The notes beneath the pieces were generated by a model. The model saw nothing but the letters and a program-made list of their open reading frames with translations, ran no database searches and had not been told where the DNA came from. DNA of 64,000 bases from Octopus vulgaris (Eukaryota), in the NCBI GenBank assembly GCA_951406725.2, contig OX597837.1:33232001-33296000 (forward strand). The letters are read 5' to 3'. Position numbers and translations under genes: made by a program. How positions within the stretch are numbered: the stretch's first letter is position 1; each line of letters begins with the position of its first letter. Of the stretch, positions 49,661-63,435 are shown in pieces.

Positions 49661-50314
49661 ATGGTTGCTGTCCACACAGTATATCAGGTTAATCCTGAAT
49701 GGTATGGGTTTTTATTTTAAACTGGAAAAATCTAAAATAGACGGAAGATAGGTTGATCATGGTTAAACACACACACACACACTTAGAGCCAATACAGGTA
49801 TTTCTACACTGAAAGTGGGAAACAACTTCCTTCCCTGCCAGAGGGCAAACTGTCCCATGTTCGTCATTAACCCTTCCAAAACAGTAATTACATAATTATG
49901 AATTTGTGAAATTAGAAGTTCCTTATTTTCTCAGGACAAGTCAAACCCATCCCTGCCTGCCATGACCGATTCTTATAGATTTGTAACCTGCCCCTAGTAC
50001 TAAAAGAATTACCCAGCCTTTCTGATTACTCTACACAATTGCTTGATCTGCTAGCAACAGCAGCCAAATTTCCCAAACATCACACTATCATCTTTGAAAT
50101 AAAAACCCAAGAAAGCAGGACCCATTTGATAAGATAGCCATAGAATCGGCATCCCTGGGAGGACACCTTTGATGATAGGCTTGCTTGATGGATCAAATCT
50201 GACCCGGGGCTAAACAACAACTATAGCATTTCCTGTCCGTTTCACTTACACACATCTGTAGAGCTTTTCCCATGCGTAGAAACAGATGTGCACACAGCAG
50301 AATATAGTTCCTAG

Positions 50315-50352
<38 letters not shown>

Positions 50353-51813
50353 AATAATATAGAAGAGTGTTCAACAACAAAATACTTTAATATATATATA
50401 TTTGTGTGTGTGTGTATATAGGTCAAACGGTTGCTATTCAAGTTGAACTTTTCATGAAGAGTTACAGGCAGAGTTTTGTAGAGTGACGATTGGTGGTGGT
50501 GGTGGGAAGTAGGGGGGGGGGGACAGATGTAAATATTTGATACACAGAATGAAATAGGATAAGGGGGGATGGTGGAGAGAGGAAGAGAGGAGGAGTGAGA
50601 GTGACACAAAGAGACACACATGCGCACACATGTAATGCTATATAGGTCATGTTTAAACAATAGAATTTAAAAGTCAGTACAACACCAAACTGACAGTTTT
50701 TTATTTATTCCTGTGTCAAGTTTTGGAGCCTCGAAGTGGTGGCCGAGGGTTGAACGGCACTGAGCGTTGTAGCCACTGGACATTCAATGTTGAGTAACAC
50801 TGAGTATTACAAACATTGGACATCAAGCGCCGAGGGTTGTGTAGCACTGAGCATTTGAACATCAAGTTTTTGAGGAGTGGGTAGCACTGAGCATTGGGGT
50901 ACCAAAGAACTGAGTGTTGCAAATTTGACTGTCACTCTGTTTGAGCTGATGGTACTGAGTGTTGAGGGCTGAAGTAATGAGCACTGAAGCACAGAAAGCA
51001 GCAGCATTGAGGGTTGTATAGCATTGAGCATTGTCGGTTGCATATAGTGTTGAGCGTCATGGTGTTGAGGATTGGGGCACTGAGGATTGGGTACAAAAGA
51101 ACTGAGTGTTGCAAGTGTGACTGTCACTGTTTGAGCTGATGGTACTGAGTGTTGTAGCATTGAGCACAGTGTTGAGGGCCGAAGCTCAGAAAGTAGCAGC
51201 ATTGAGGGTTGTATAGCATTGAGCATTGTAGGTTGCATATAGTGTTGAGTGTCATGGTGTTGATGATTGGGGCACTGAGCATCGATGGTCATAGCAACCA
51301 AGGCTGTAACGCTGAGCATGGAGGGTTGACGGTCGTGGCAACTGAGAATTGTAGCACTGAAGAGCAAACAGCACTGTAGCATTGGTGCATCAAGCATTGC
51401 AGTGTTGGTGCATCGAGTGGTGTGGTGGAGGTATTCAGCACTTGAGTATATATATATATATCTGCTTTTGTGCATTGTCTGTTGCTATGCATCTGTTCTT
51501 ATGCATTATCTGTCGTCGTGTGTGTATGTGTGTGTGTGTGGAGAAAGACTTTCTCAACGAAAGAAAGCAGTGGCAATTTTCATTGTTGCAGCAGCAACAG
51601 CAGCAGCAGTAGTAGTAGTAGTAGTAGTGTTGGTGGTGGTGGTGGTGGTAAAGGTGGAAGCAGTGAGTTACAAAATAATCCAGTTTCAACTTTTAACTTC
51701 TCTGCCAGACGAGGTAGAGCAAAACCTTTCCTACGAGAAATACTAGATAACACAACAAATCAATAATGCCATCAATCGATAACGTGGATGGATCAATATA
51801 ATCAATAACTTAC

Positions 51814-51958
51814 CTTAAATAATGAAGGTCTGAAATCTCTTTCATACAAAGCCAACAGAATTCGGTGCCACACACTGTGCACTTCATGTGGTTGCAGGAA
51901 CCATCGTTCATCTTGGTGATGAAGGCTGTGCATCGTGGACATGGCTTGATGTCGTCCC
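51814..51958 (-). CDS. RNF19A: RNF19 exon: RING2/Rcat with catalytic Cys (GSCNHM)
   Basis: ttttag|GG GAC GAC ... TTA AG|gtaagt; 145 bp; [47 protein letters not shown]; phase matches both neighbouring exons. Confidence 0.96.
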
Positions 51959-52127
51959 CTAAAACGACAAGGTTAAACACATTATATATGCATACACAAA
52001 CGGGTGTATACAGGGTATATATACATATATACACACATAAACATGTGAACATTATATATATACATATGCAGACACATAAATGGGTCTGTTTATATACACA
52101 CACACACACACAAACATGTATATTTTT

Positions 52128-52497
52128 TTTCTTTTACTTGTTTCAGTCATTTCACTGTGGCCATGCTGGAGCAACCCCTTTGGTCGAGCAAATCGACCCC
52201 AGGACTTATTCTTTGTAAGCCTAGTACTTATTCTATCGGTCTCTTTTGCCAAACCGCTACATTATGGGGACATAAACACACCAGCATTGGTTGTCAAGCA
52301 ATGTTGGGGGAACAAACACACACACACACACAGACATGATGGGCTTCTTTCAGTTTCCATCTACCAAATCCATTCACAAGGCTTTGGTCGGCCTGAGGCT
52401 ATAGTAGAAGACATTTGCCCAAAGTGCCACACAGTGGGACTGAACCTGGAACCATGTGGTTGGTAAGCAAGCTACTTACCACACAGCTACTCCTGTG
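52128..52497 (-). mobile_element. SINE family B
   Basis: Moderately diverged full copy. Confidence 0.82.
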
Positions 52498-54297
52498 TCT
52501 ATATACATACAGAAACGTGTATGTATATACATACAAACGTGTGGATGTTTATAGCTAAACAGAGAGATCGATAGGTAGATAGACCAAATGGGTGTGTCTG
52601 TATATAGACACGCACACCCACACACACTTGTGTGTATATAGGCATATACACATAAATGGATGTGTATGTGTACATACCCACACACACATTTACAAATGTT
52701 TACGAGAAAAGTTGCACTCAATACATGAAGCAGAGTGTATTTGATTTATTTATGTTGAGTAAAAAAGATAACACCCACCTAACTACTGAACCCTTTTACA
52801 TTCCAAGACACCATTAATAAACACTGCTTCGTTAAGTATTGAGTACTCTGCTTATGTACTGATATTGTTATTGTTTAACACAAGGCAAGCCCGGAACAAG
52901 CAGTTCAATGATCAAAAATAACCTCGCTGTAGATATCCTTTCTTTTTACCCAGATTAACTCGACTCTTTACATGTTCGATGTATCACATCTGATACACAG
53001 GACATGTTTCCCTGGTGTTCATACATCTTATTATTATACAGATTCCCAGTTTCTTTCAACCCCCAGAATAATTTGGGACTTGTAAAGGGAACGCTTTGTA
53101 TTACTCAGAACGTACGAAACCAGGGTTAACTAAAAACCTGAAAACAAGCATAGGACATTCAGGACAAACTTATGAAAACGCTTTGGACAGGCGAAGGGTT
53201 AATGTCACAAATTGCCTCATTATAAAGACGCATTTCATGTAACATAATTCACGAAAGTCATACTAAAACTGTCTCTAACAGAACTGCTTAACTTTTTGCA
53301 TGTCCAGTGTAATCGTCTGATAAACAGGGCATATTTCCCTGATGTCCATACATTATTTAGGATACACATTTCCAACTTTTTTTTTTAAACCATTAGAGTA
53401 ACTTGGGTCTTATGAAAGGGAAAGTTTTATATTATAAAGAACATATGAAACAAGGGTTAATTAAAAAATCTGAAAGCAAGTATGAACATTTAGCACAAAC
53501 TTATGAAAATGTTCTGGATAGGCAAATGGTTAACCAATGTACCATTTTGATACAGTGGACTTCAAGGGAGATTGGTTGCTATTTCTAGCATGTCAAACAA
53601 CTCTAATGTTTTTTCCATTAGCTCACAATGTTTTAACATTGGGGCCACTGAATACTTGTCTTTGTGTGGTGTATCTGTGGTTTAACAGTCACCTTGAAGG
53701 AAGAATTGGTTCCTCCTTCAGACACAACCACAGTTGGGATTGAACTCAGTACTGTCAGCTACAATCACACACACTTCGATGTCAGAGAGAGACAGAGAGA
53801 GAGAGAGAGACAGAGGTGGGAATATGAGAAACAAGGATGATTTTACAACATTGGTTGTAGTTTAATTACAGAAACAAGCATTGAGAGAAAAGACACATAC
53901 ATATGTATTTGTGTGTGCGTGTACGTGTTAATGTGTATGTGTGTGCATACACACACACACACACACAACAAAGCAAGAGAGACAAGTTAATTGTCATAAT
54001 TTCACAGTAGTCCAAGACTAGTTTTGTCTCGTCTAATAATAAACACCCAAGATCAATAACCTAGCAAGACTATTACAATATTTATTTGCTACACTTGCAG
54101 AACACACGCTTCCTTCAGAACAACTTAACCATAACAACCACAACCACAACGACGACGACGATGATGATGATGATGATGATAACAGTCATCTTTTCTAACA
54201 GAAGTGCAAGGGAGAGGAGGTAGGCAAGGAAACTGATAGGTGTACTTCAGTGGTACTTTATTTTATTAACCCTGGAAAGATGAAGGAAGGAGAAGGG

Positions 54298-54339
<42 letters not shown>

Positions 54340-54343
<4 letters not shown>

Positions 54344-54735
54344 TTATTCTTTTTATTGGCCACAAGGGCTGACACACATGATTGGAAAACATAAAGGGAC
54401 AAAACAGGACGAAAGGTTACAAAGGGTTTTGTCCGTTTGTAAAAATCCGTGTAAAAAAACTGCAACAACAAAATATTTAACAATGAAAAACTCCCAATAG
54501 GGGGAGGCGCTTCGAAAGGTTCCTGGTGGAAAAAACCCCATAAAAGCCAACGGGAGCCTGGTCAAAAGGGGGGTAGAGAGCCCCCTTTCTCCTTTCATAA
54601 AACCTTTTTCAATCACAGGCGAAACCTGAGAATTGGTCCATTTATACTGGCCATTCTTGCACAATTCACCCACCTTTCAGAAAACTTGCTATCGGACAGC
54701 ACTCTCCTCTCTAACCTCATCTTCCTTTTCAAACA
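54340..54735 (-). mobile_element. L1/Tx1-like LINE 3' end inserted in (AAT)n
   Basis: Minus strand LKRKMRLERRVLSDSKFSERWVNCARMASINGPILRFRL* (F-x-x-R-W C-terminus), T-rich 3' UTR, AATAAA, then (TTA)n. Confidence 0.6.
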
Positions 54736-56348
54736 GTAATAATAATAACACTAATAATCCTTTATACTATAGGAACAAGGTTTGAAATTTGGGGGGGAGG
54801 GGCCAAGTCAATTACATCAACCCCAGTGTGTAACTGGTATTCATTTCAACAACTCTGAAAGGATAAAAAGCAAAGTCGACCGTGGCAGAATTTGAACTCA
54901 GATCATAAAGACAGATGAAATACCGCTAAGCAGTGCCTGGTGTGCTAACGATTCTGCCAACCCACTGCCTTATAATCATCATCGTCATCATCATGATAAC
55001 AATACTTTCTATTATGGGTACAAGGCCTGAAATTTTAGGGGACAAAGGAATTAGTGAATTACATCAGCCCCAGTGGTCCTTGTTTTATCGACCCTCAAAA
55101 GGATGAAAAGCAAAGCTGACCTCACCAGAATCTGAACTCAGAATGTAAAACCAGCAGGAAGGCCACTGAGCAGTTTGTCTGATGTGCTAATCATTCTAAT
55201 GGCAAGAATTGCTTCAAATTCTGACACAAAGCCATCAATTTTGAGGGGAGGGGCTAAGTCAATTACACAGACCCCTGTGTGTTCAACTGGTTTTCTATTT
55301 TATTGACACCCCACCCCAACCAATGAGGGGAGATGAAAGGTAAAATCAACCTCAGCAGAATGTGAACTCAGAATGTAAAGGGCAGGATGAAACCCTGCTA
55401 AGCATTTTGTCCAGTGGAGTAACAATTCTGCCAGCTTGCCCACTTGCCCGATTGCCCACTTGCCAGATTGCGCACTTGCCAGATTGCCACTTTAACAATA
55501 ATAACAACAACTTCTTTATTATTCACCACAGAGTGAAATTTATAAGGGACACATTAATAGGACAGGATAGGAAAAGGGACAGTGGGTAGTTTAAATTAAA
55601 ATCGGAAGAATGAAAAAGGAGGTAAAATGTTTAGTTGCTGCCCTGCCTTCATCCCCATCCACCTTTTCTAAGATGAGCTCAAGATCACAGACTTTGAGGG
55701 GTGGGGATGAGTGGAAAGATCAGTTGGTTACATCAACCCCAGCATATGACTGGTGCTTAATTCTAAGGACTCCAAGATGATGAACAACAATAACATTAAC
55801 AGTACAGGCATCTTAAACACGGACAGCTAAAAAAATATTTCTAATTTAAAATTATATAATTGGCTAGGTTTTTTTTTTTTTTGTGGTGGTTGGGTTAATC
55901 ACATGTACAATTAAAATTAATCAAAGACAACAGGAAGAATCTATTGGCAATAAAAAAACATTCATCGAAAGATATTTTAATTTGGTATTTGATGTGTGTG
56001 TGTGTTGTCAAGTAAAAAGCACCCATGCCGGCACCATGAAGAAGGATGCCAGCGCTGGTACCACGTAGAAAAGCAGCCAGAATACACTGTTAAATGGTTG
56101 GCTTTAGAAAGGGCATCAGGCTGTAGAAACCATGCCAGAACAGACAACTGGAGCCTGGTGCAGTCCTCTGGCTGGCCAGCTCCCATTCAACCATCCGACC
56201 CATGCCAGCATGGAAAACAGACATTAGATGATGACACACAAGTTTTACTAAACTATTTGATCCATTTAATTTGATTATCTCGATTTAATTATTGTTGCTT
56301 AATCATACCCGTTTAATTATCTCTTGTTATTTCCTTTGTATTAGGTTG

Positions 56349-56990
56349 TATTAGGTTGTTTCACATGAAATGTTGTATTTGAAAGGTAACAATAAAATGC
56401 TTCAGAATTGTTAGAGAACTGATTTATTAAATCAAACTATGATCCATGTTCATTTATGACGTTTACGCAATGTTTCTCTATGTCATATATTCCATCTTTA
56501 AAAAAAAATTAATCTTTTGCTGTAATAAACTATCCGAATGCTTCAATTACCTCTTCTCTATTTAAGAATGTTTTATTGCTTATGAAAAGCTCAAAATGCT
56601 TAAATATGTGATGATCAGTAGGAGAGATATCAGGCAGAAATAGGGAGGATGTTGCAAAATCTCATAATTTAGGCTTTGCAACTTTTGGACCATAGCTTGA
56701 GGAGTGTGAGGACGTGCATTGTCATGGAGCAAAATTGGGCCATCTCTATTCACTAGTCTGGGTCGCTTCTTTTTCAAATTCCCATACATAGAATCAATTT
56801 CCTGGCAATACGATGTTCCTGTTACCATTTTTCCTTGTTGCAAAAATGAATAACGAATAACTCCCTTCACAGACCACCGTACAGTGACCACTAACTTTTT
56901 AGGGTGCAGTGGTGGGTTTGGGTAGTGTTTAGGTGACTCTCTTACAACTAAAATCACTGTCCTGTTCTGCTGTTGTCAAAGAGTGTCCAT
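56349..56990 (-). mobile_element. mariner transposase remnant (DD34D family)
   Basis: LHPKKLVVTVRWSVKGVI...Y..EI.......KKRP.LVNRDGPILLHDNARPH...LNYEILQHPPY; TA followed by TTAGGTTG TIR start at 56349. Confidence 0.9.
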
Positions 56991-57296
56991 ATACAGTTGA
57001 GCTTTATGTCTTAGTTTTGTATAATTATGCTGGGACAATTAATTTTTCACAGTCCTAAAGACTTTTCTTATGTACCTCGTTATTGAAAATAAAAGCATTG
57101 CTCTAATTACTGACAATTTCAAAAGATTTCATAACAAAAATTATCAAATGGGATTGCACAGACTAATCATGCTGTCAATTACATTAAATCTATTCTCTCC
57201 AAATAAGAACCATCAAAATAAATTCATCCAACTTACATGAAGCAAAAACTAACATTTTTAACAACCATTTATAAGAAAGACGAGAAATGTACTTAC

Positions 57297-57490
57297 TCTG
57301 TGAACCAGTCTCATGACTGTAGTTGAGAGAGAGGGCTTGGATGTTGGGCGACCGCTCCGCTCTGGCGGCATCACACGTTTGGTTAGGGTGCCAGATCTGT
57401 TTACAATGGTAACAAAAATCTGTCACGCACTCTGGTCGCTCACATTTCAGTTTTGGACAACTGGCACAACCAGTTGCTATCACAGCATAG
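57297..57490 (-). CDS. RNF19A: RNF19A/B-like RBR E3 ligase, first coding exon within window (IBR C-terminal half)
   Basis: tttcag|C TAT GCT GTG ... CAG A|gtaag; 194 bp; encodes [46 protein letters not shown], matching the RNF19 IBR motif ([14 protein letters not shown]..[19 protein letters not shown]). A vs B paralogue not assignable; upstream exons not found in window. Confidence 0.95.
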
Positions 57491-57546
57491 CTGAAAAAGA
57501 AGAAACAAAAGATACATTACACCCTTATCCATATGGTCCATATATA

Positions 57547-57592
<46 letters not shown>

Positions 57593-57724
57593 TATCATCA
57601 TCATCATAACACCCGTTTTCCTGTCACCAACAAATGCCATCTAACTCCTAATATTTACCATCATCACTATTGTTATTCTTCAGCTCAAAGTCAATCCTAG
57701 TTAAACGCATTCCAGATGTGACTA

Positions 57725-57931
57725 CTCTTTTACTCTTTTACTTGTTTCAGTCATTTGACTGTGGCCATGCTGGAGCACCGCCTTTAGTCGAGCAAATCGA
57801 CCCCGGGACTTATTCTTTGTAAGCCTAGTACTTATTCTATCGGTCTCTTTTGCCGAACCGCTAAGTGACGGGGACGTAAACACACCAGCATCGGTTGTCA
57901 AGCAATGCTAGGGGGACAAACACAGACACAC

Positions 57932-57980
<49 letters not shown>

Positions 57981-58146
57981 TACAACAGGCTTCTTTCAGT
58001 TTCCGTCTACCAAATCCACTCACAAGGCATTGGTCGGCCCGGGGCTATAGCAGAAGACACTTGCTCAAGATGCCACGCAGTGGGACTGAACCCGGAACCA
58101 TGTGGCTGGTTAGCAAGCTACTTACCACACAGCCACTCCTGCGCCT
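57725..58146 (-). mobile_element. SINE family B
   Basis: Young full-length copy. Confidence 0.87.
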
Positions 58147-58408
58147 ATCTCGTCTTTTTTAAGGCTATCTAGGACTACATTGCCTAATGCTGTCCGCCCC
58201 TTATTTAAGACCTCAAGATGTGATTTAAAGATGATCTGGCTCTATAAACAACATCATTTTTGTAGTTTAACTCCCCAATCAAATACAATCCAGGCATGAC
58301 CTTTCTGCCTTCCTCTTGTTGAGTAGGGAACAAAGTGGTCACATTATCTAACATGCCCCTTGCTAAGATGGTGGAATGTGGTTCAAGGGAGAACTGGCTG
58401 CTATATGT

Positions 58409-58797
58409 GGAGTGGAAGCACTCCGTTGGTAACGACGATGAGGGTTCCGGTTGATCCGAATCAACGGAACAGCCTGCTCGTGAAATTAACGTGTAAGCGG
58501 CTGAGCACTCCACAGACACGTGTACCCTTAACGTAGTTCTCGGGGATATTCAGCGTGACACAGAGAGTGACAAGGCCGGCCCTTTGAAATACAGGTACAA
58601 CAGAAACAGGATGTAAGAGTGAGAGAAAGTTGTGGTGAAAGAGTACAGCAGGGATCACCACCATTCCCTGCCAGAACCTCGTGGAGCTTTAGGTGTTTTT
58701 GCTCAATAAACACTCACAACGCCTGGTCTGGGAATCGAAACCGTGATCCTATGACCGCGAGTCCGCTGCCCTAACCACCGGGCCATTGCGCCTCCAC
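58409..58797 (-). mobile_element. SINE family C with 14-bp TSD
   Basis: Reverse copy of 14657-15041; TSD TGGCTGCTATATGT at 58395-58408 and 58798-58811. Confidence 0.88.
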
Positions 58798-59009
58798 TGG
58801 CTGCTATATGTAGTAGGTCAAGCAACAACTTAGTACTGGCTGATTGGTTGTGTTTTGTTAGAACCTGTTGGTCACTAATAAAGTCCATCATGTCAATTAT
58901 GACATGATGACCATAAAAAGGAGCTGCTAAGTCAAGTCTAGAGGGGACAAAGCAGAAGGACAGCAGGAAGGGGTTTTAAAAACTTTAATTTAAAAACTTA
59001 GGGGGGAGG

Positions 59010-59372
59010 TCAGAGAGACAAGGAAGAGGAGAAGTGGGAGAGGAACTGGAGAAGAGAGAGAGAGAGGCAGGGGGAGAGAGACAGGCGGGGGGGAGAGAGA
59101 GACAGGCGGGGGGGAGAGAGACAGGCGGGGGAGAGAGAGACAGGCGGGGGAGAGAGAGAGACATGCGGGGGGGGGAGACAAGCGGGGGCGGAGAGACAAG
59201 CAGGGGGGGAGACAAGCGGGTGGGAGAGAGAGACAAGTGGAGGAGAGAGAGAGAGAGAGAAGTGGGGGAGAGAGACAGGTGGGGGAGAGAGAGAGACAGG
59301 CGGGGGAGAGAGAGACAGGCGGGGAGAGAGAGAGAGAGACAGGCAGGGTGAGAGAGAGGAAGAAGTGAGAGA
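59010..59372. repeat. G/A-rich minisatellite (GGCGGGGGGAGAGAGAGACA-like)
   Basis: Repeated G5-G9 runs separated by (AG)n. Confidence 0.9.
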
Positions 59373-59792
59373 GGCATTGGAGATTAAGAGCATAATTAGG
59401 AATGTGCTGGGGGGAGGTGGTGAGAGATTATTACAATTACCCCTGTGTGCATTGTGTGTGCAGTATTATCATTCCAATCATCATCATAATCATCATCACT
59501 TCCACTTGTTATTTCCGGAAAGTGTTCTCATGTAAAAAGGAAAACACACCAACAACATCACCCGAACCCACCCCCAAATACTCCACCCCCAACTTTCAGA
59601 ACCTTGTTCTCCCTCTCAGATCATCAAAACAGGAACTCAGTCTTGACAAGGCACCCAGTTTCCTACCCACCCACCTAAACACCCACCCCACCCCTACCAG
59701 TTACCTTCTGCCTGATCACCTACCGACCAACCAGCCAGCCAGCCAACCAGCCAGACCATTTAACCACCCATACCTTACCTACCTATCGAAAC

Positions 59793-60020
59793 CTATTTCT
59801 TTATTACCCACAAGGGGCTAAACACAGAGGAGACAAACATGGACAGACATAGGTATTAAGTCGATTACATCGACCCCAGTGCATAACTGGTACTTAATTT
59901 ATCGACCCCGAAAGGATGAAAGGCAAAGTCGACCTCGGCGGAATTTGAACTCACAACGTAACGGCAGCCGAAATATCGCTAAGCATTTCGCCCGGCGTGC
60001 TAACGATTCTGCTAGCTCGA
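59793..60020 (-). mobile_element. SINE family A
   Basis: Near full-length reverse copy. Confidence 0.82.
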
Positions 60021-60217
60021 AACCATCCACCCTCGCACCCCTACCACCCACCTACTGACACCATCCCTACCACCCCACCTACAACTGATCTACCTACCCC
60101 GGACTGACTTACCAGTATGAATAAACAAACATATCCTAGGAAACAAATCGGTAATTTTTTTTTTAGCAGCGAAAAAAAAATAAAATAAAATGTAGAAAAA
60201 ATAATAAAATTTCTTTA

Positions 60218-60776
60218 TTTACTCTTTTACTTGTTTCAAGTCATTTGACTGCGGCCATGCTGGAGCACCGCCTTTAGTCGAGCAAATCGACCCCGGGACT
60301 TATTCTTTTGTAAGCCCAGTACTTATTCTATCGGTTTCTTTTGCCGAACCGCTAAGTGACGGGGACGTAAACACACCAGCATCGGTTGTCAAACAATGCT
60401 AGGGGGACAAACACAGACACACAAACACAAACACACACACATATATATATACATATATACGACAGGCTTCTTTCAGTTTCCGTCTACCAAATCCACTCAC
60501 AAGGCATTGGTCGGCCCGGGGCTATAGCAGAAGACACTTGCCCAGAGTGCCACGCAGTGGGATTGAACCCGGAACCATGTGGTTGGTTAGCAAGCTACTT
60601 ACCACACAGCCACTCTGCACCTATATAGGCTTCTTTTCAGTTTCCGTCTACCAAATCCACTCACAAGGCATTGGTCAGCCCAGGGCTATAGTAGAAGACA
60701 CTTGCCCAAGATGCCATGCAGTGGGACGGAACCCGGAACCATGTGGTTGGTTAGCAAGCTACTTACCACACAGCCA
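60218..60776 (-). mobile_element. SINE family B plus tandem duplicate of its 5' half
   Basis: 60218-60622 complete; 60627-60776 repeats the head region. Confidence 0.82.
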
Positions 60777-61060
60777 TATTATAAAAATAAAAAAACAACA
60801 ACAACAGCAACAACAATAATGGCAGCAATAAAAATAAGATTTTGCCGCTTTCTTTTATCTACTTTCATGTTGTTGTTGTTGATGTGTTTACCATTTTGTT
60901 CTTCGATTTTTATTTAAAGTCTCATTACATTTCCTTCTCCCACCAACCTACCTCCCCACTAGATTTTCCTCTATTATCATTATTATTATTATTATTATTA
61001 TTATCATTGTCATTATTATCATTATTATTATCATTATTATTATTATTATCATTATCATCA

Positions 61061-61091
<31 letters not shown>

Positions 61092-61452
61092 CATTATTAT
61101 TATTATTATCATCATTATTCATAGATTCTTATATAATAATGTGCCAACATTATTAGCTCAGGAGAGTAAGGAGGAGAGAGAGAAAGAGAAAAGTTTTCCT
61201 TCTTTCTATTGTTTTCGTTATCTTCTTTGTTTTTAACCTTTTCAACTCCTTATAACGAACTTACAGCTAACTTCCATTTACCGTTTCGATAAGTAAAGCA
61301 CTTTACCCAGACATAAACTGTCTGGCAGCAGACCAGTTCCACAAACTCTTCTATTTTTAAATAATAATAACAATAATAATAATAATAATTTAAAAGTCTG
61401 TGGTTGCCAAACTAAAATTGAACTTACTTCCCTTAATAAAAGAATGAGTGTA

Positions 61453-61493
<41 letters not shown>

Positions 61494-61618
61494 ACATATA
61501 TACACACGTGTATGTATGCATAAAATGTAGATAAAAGCTAAAACTGAACTAAATCAAGGAAGAAGATACTAAATGAAGTAATAATACATCCTGGTATGAC
61601 TAAATTTACCAACATTAT

Positions 61619-61656
<38 letters not shown>

Positions 61657-62546
61657 TCAGCATCATTATCAGTAGTAGTAGTAATAGTAGTAGGGTAGTG
61701 AGCTGGCAGAATCATTAGTATGTCAGCTGAAATGTTTAGAGGCCTACGTTCTGAGTTCAAATTCTGCTGGACACAATGCCACTGAGCATTTTGCCCACCA
61801 TGCTAACGATTCTGCCAACCTGCTGCCTTAATAATAATAATAATGAAATTTTAGGTGATGGGGCTAGTCAATTACATCAACCCCAGTACTCAACTGGTAC
61901 TTATTTTATCGACTTTGAAAGGATAAAAGGCCAAGTTGACCCCAGCAGAATAATCCTTTCTGATATAGGCACAAGGCCTGAAATTTGAGGGTAGGGCAAG
62001 CTAGTCAATTACTTTAACCGCAGTGTTTCACTGGTACTTAATCTATCAACCCTGAAAGGATGAAAGGCGAAGTCGACCTCAGCTGAATTTGAACACAGAA
62101 CGTAAAGACGAATGAAATACTGCAAAGTATTTTGCCCTGAGTGCTAACGATTCTGCCAGCTCACCACCTAAAATTAATAATAATAATAATAATCTAGAAA
62201 TATCTCATTTATTTAAATAAACATATGCCTAGGAAGCAGAAATGAAGATTATATAAGTGTCTGGTGAAGTATAAATGGTGTTTGTTTTTGCAGCACCATG
62301 CATCACTGACTGTTTCCTGGTTCCCAAGACAAAGAAGTAGTCTTTATGAAGGAAGACTTGCTTGGTTTTAGAGTTAAAAATAAACAACACTGCACCCCTC
62401 TCTCCCACCCACGCTGCCTTTTGGGGGAAAAAACAAACAAAATCAAAGGGAAATAATAGAAAAGGATTACTGAGGTAGGGGGAGAAATGGTTGATTGGCT
62501 GGCTTAAAGGGTACTGATTTAGTAAATAGGTAGGTATGTGCTTAAG

Positions 62547-62585
<39 letters not shown>

Positions 62586-62738
62586 CGTGACTGTGTGGTA
62601 AGAAGCATGCTTCCCAACCACATGGTCCTGGGTTCAGTCCTACTGCATGGTATCTTGGGCAAGTGCCTTCTACTATAGCCACAGACTAACCAAAGCCTTA
62701 TGGGTGGGTTTGGTAGAGAGAAACTGGAAGCCAGTTAA

Positions 62739-62799
<61 letters not shown>

Positions 62800-63175
62800 T
62801 AAATTAGAGATAAAACCACTATTAGGCAAATCATACAATGAAAAACTTAAGCCAATACATAAGATTAATTAATTTATATTATTTAAATATATATCAAAAT
62901 TATTAAAAAAGATAATTAATATAACACAACGATCGTTTCATGGCTGTTCAATTCTTAAAATTATATATATATATATAGTTAATCAAATATGTCCTCTAAA
63001 GAGAAGGTGTACTGGATTTCAGGTAAGTGCTCTTGGTATAAGAAATGTCTAAAACCTTAAAACAACATTTAGAGATTCGAGACCAAGTTTATATTAGAGA
63101 GTAAAAATAGGAAAAGTTATATCTTAAAATCACAGTAAGTCCATAAAACAAGCAATATTTTATTAATAAACAAAT

Positions 63176-63435
63176 AAAGTATAGCTATTATCATTAAAAA
63201 ATTATTTTGAAAGTTTTGAAAGTTCTTACGATCATTTCATGAATATATTTCCTCTCAAAATGAAATCTAAAGTTGATAAGCGTTGCTGGGAAGAATATCC
63301 ACTCATTAGAGTGGATATACTTCCCAATGATGCTTAACTTTAGATTTTATTTTGAGAGGAAATATATTCATGAAACAACTTTTAAGAACTTTCAAGACTT
63401 AAGAAATAATTTTTTAATGATCATAGCTGTACTTT
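63176..63435. repeat. imperfect fold-back (~125-bp arms, 4-nt loop) containing a decayed hammerhead-like motif
   Basis: Centred on CCACTC-ATTA-GAGTGG; minus strand CTAATGA-GTGGATAT-[...]-ATATTCAT-GAAA-TGATC-GTA. Confidence 0.7.
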
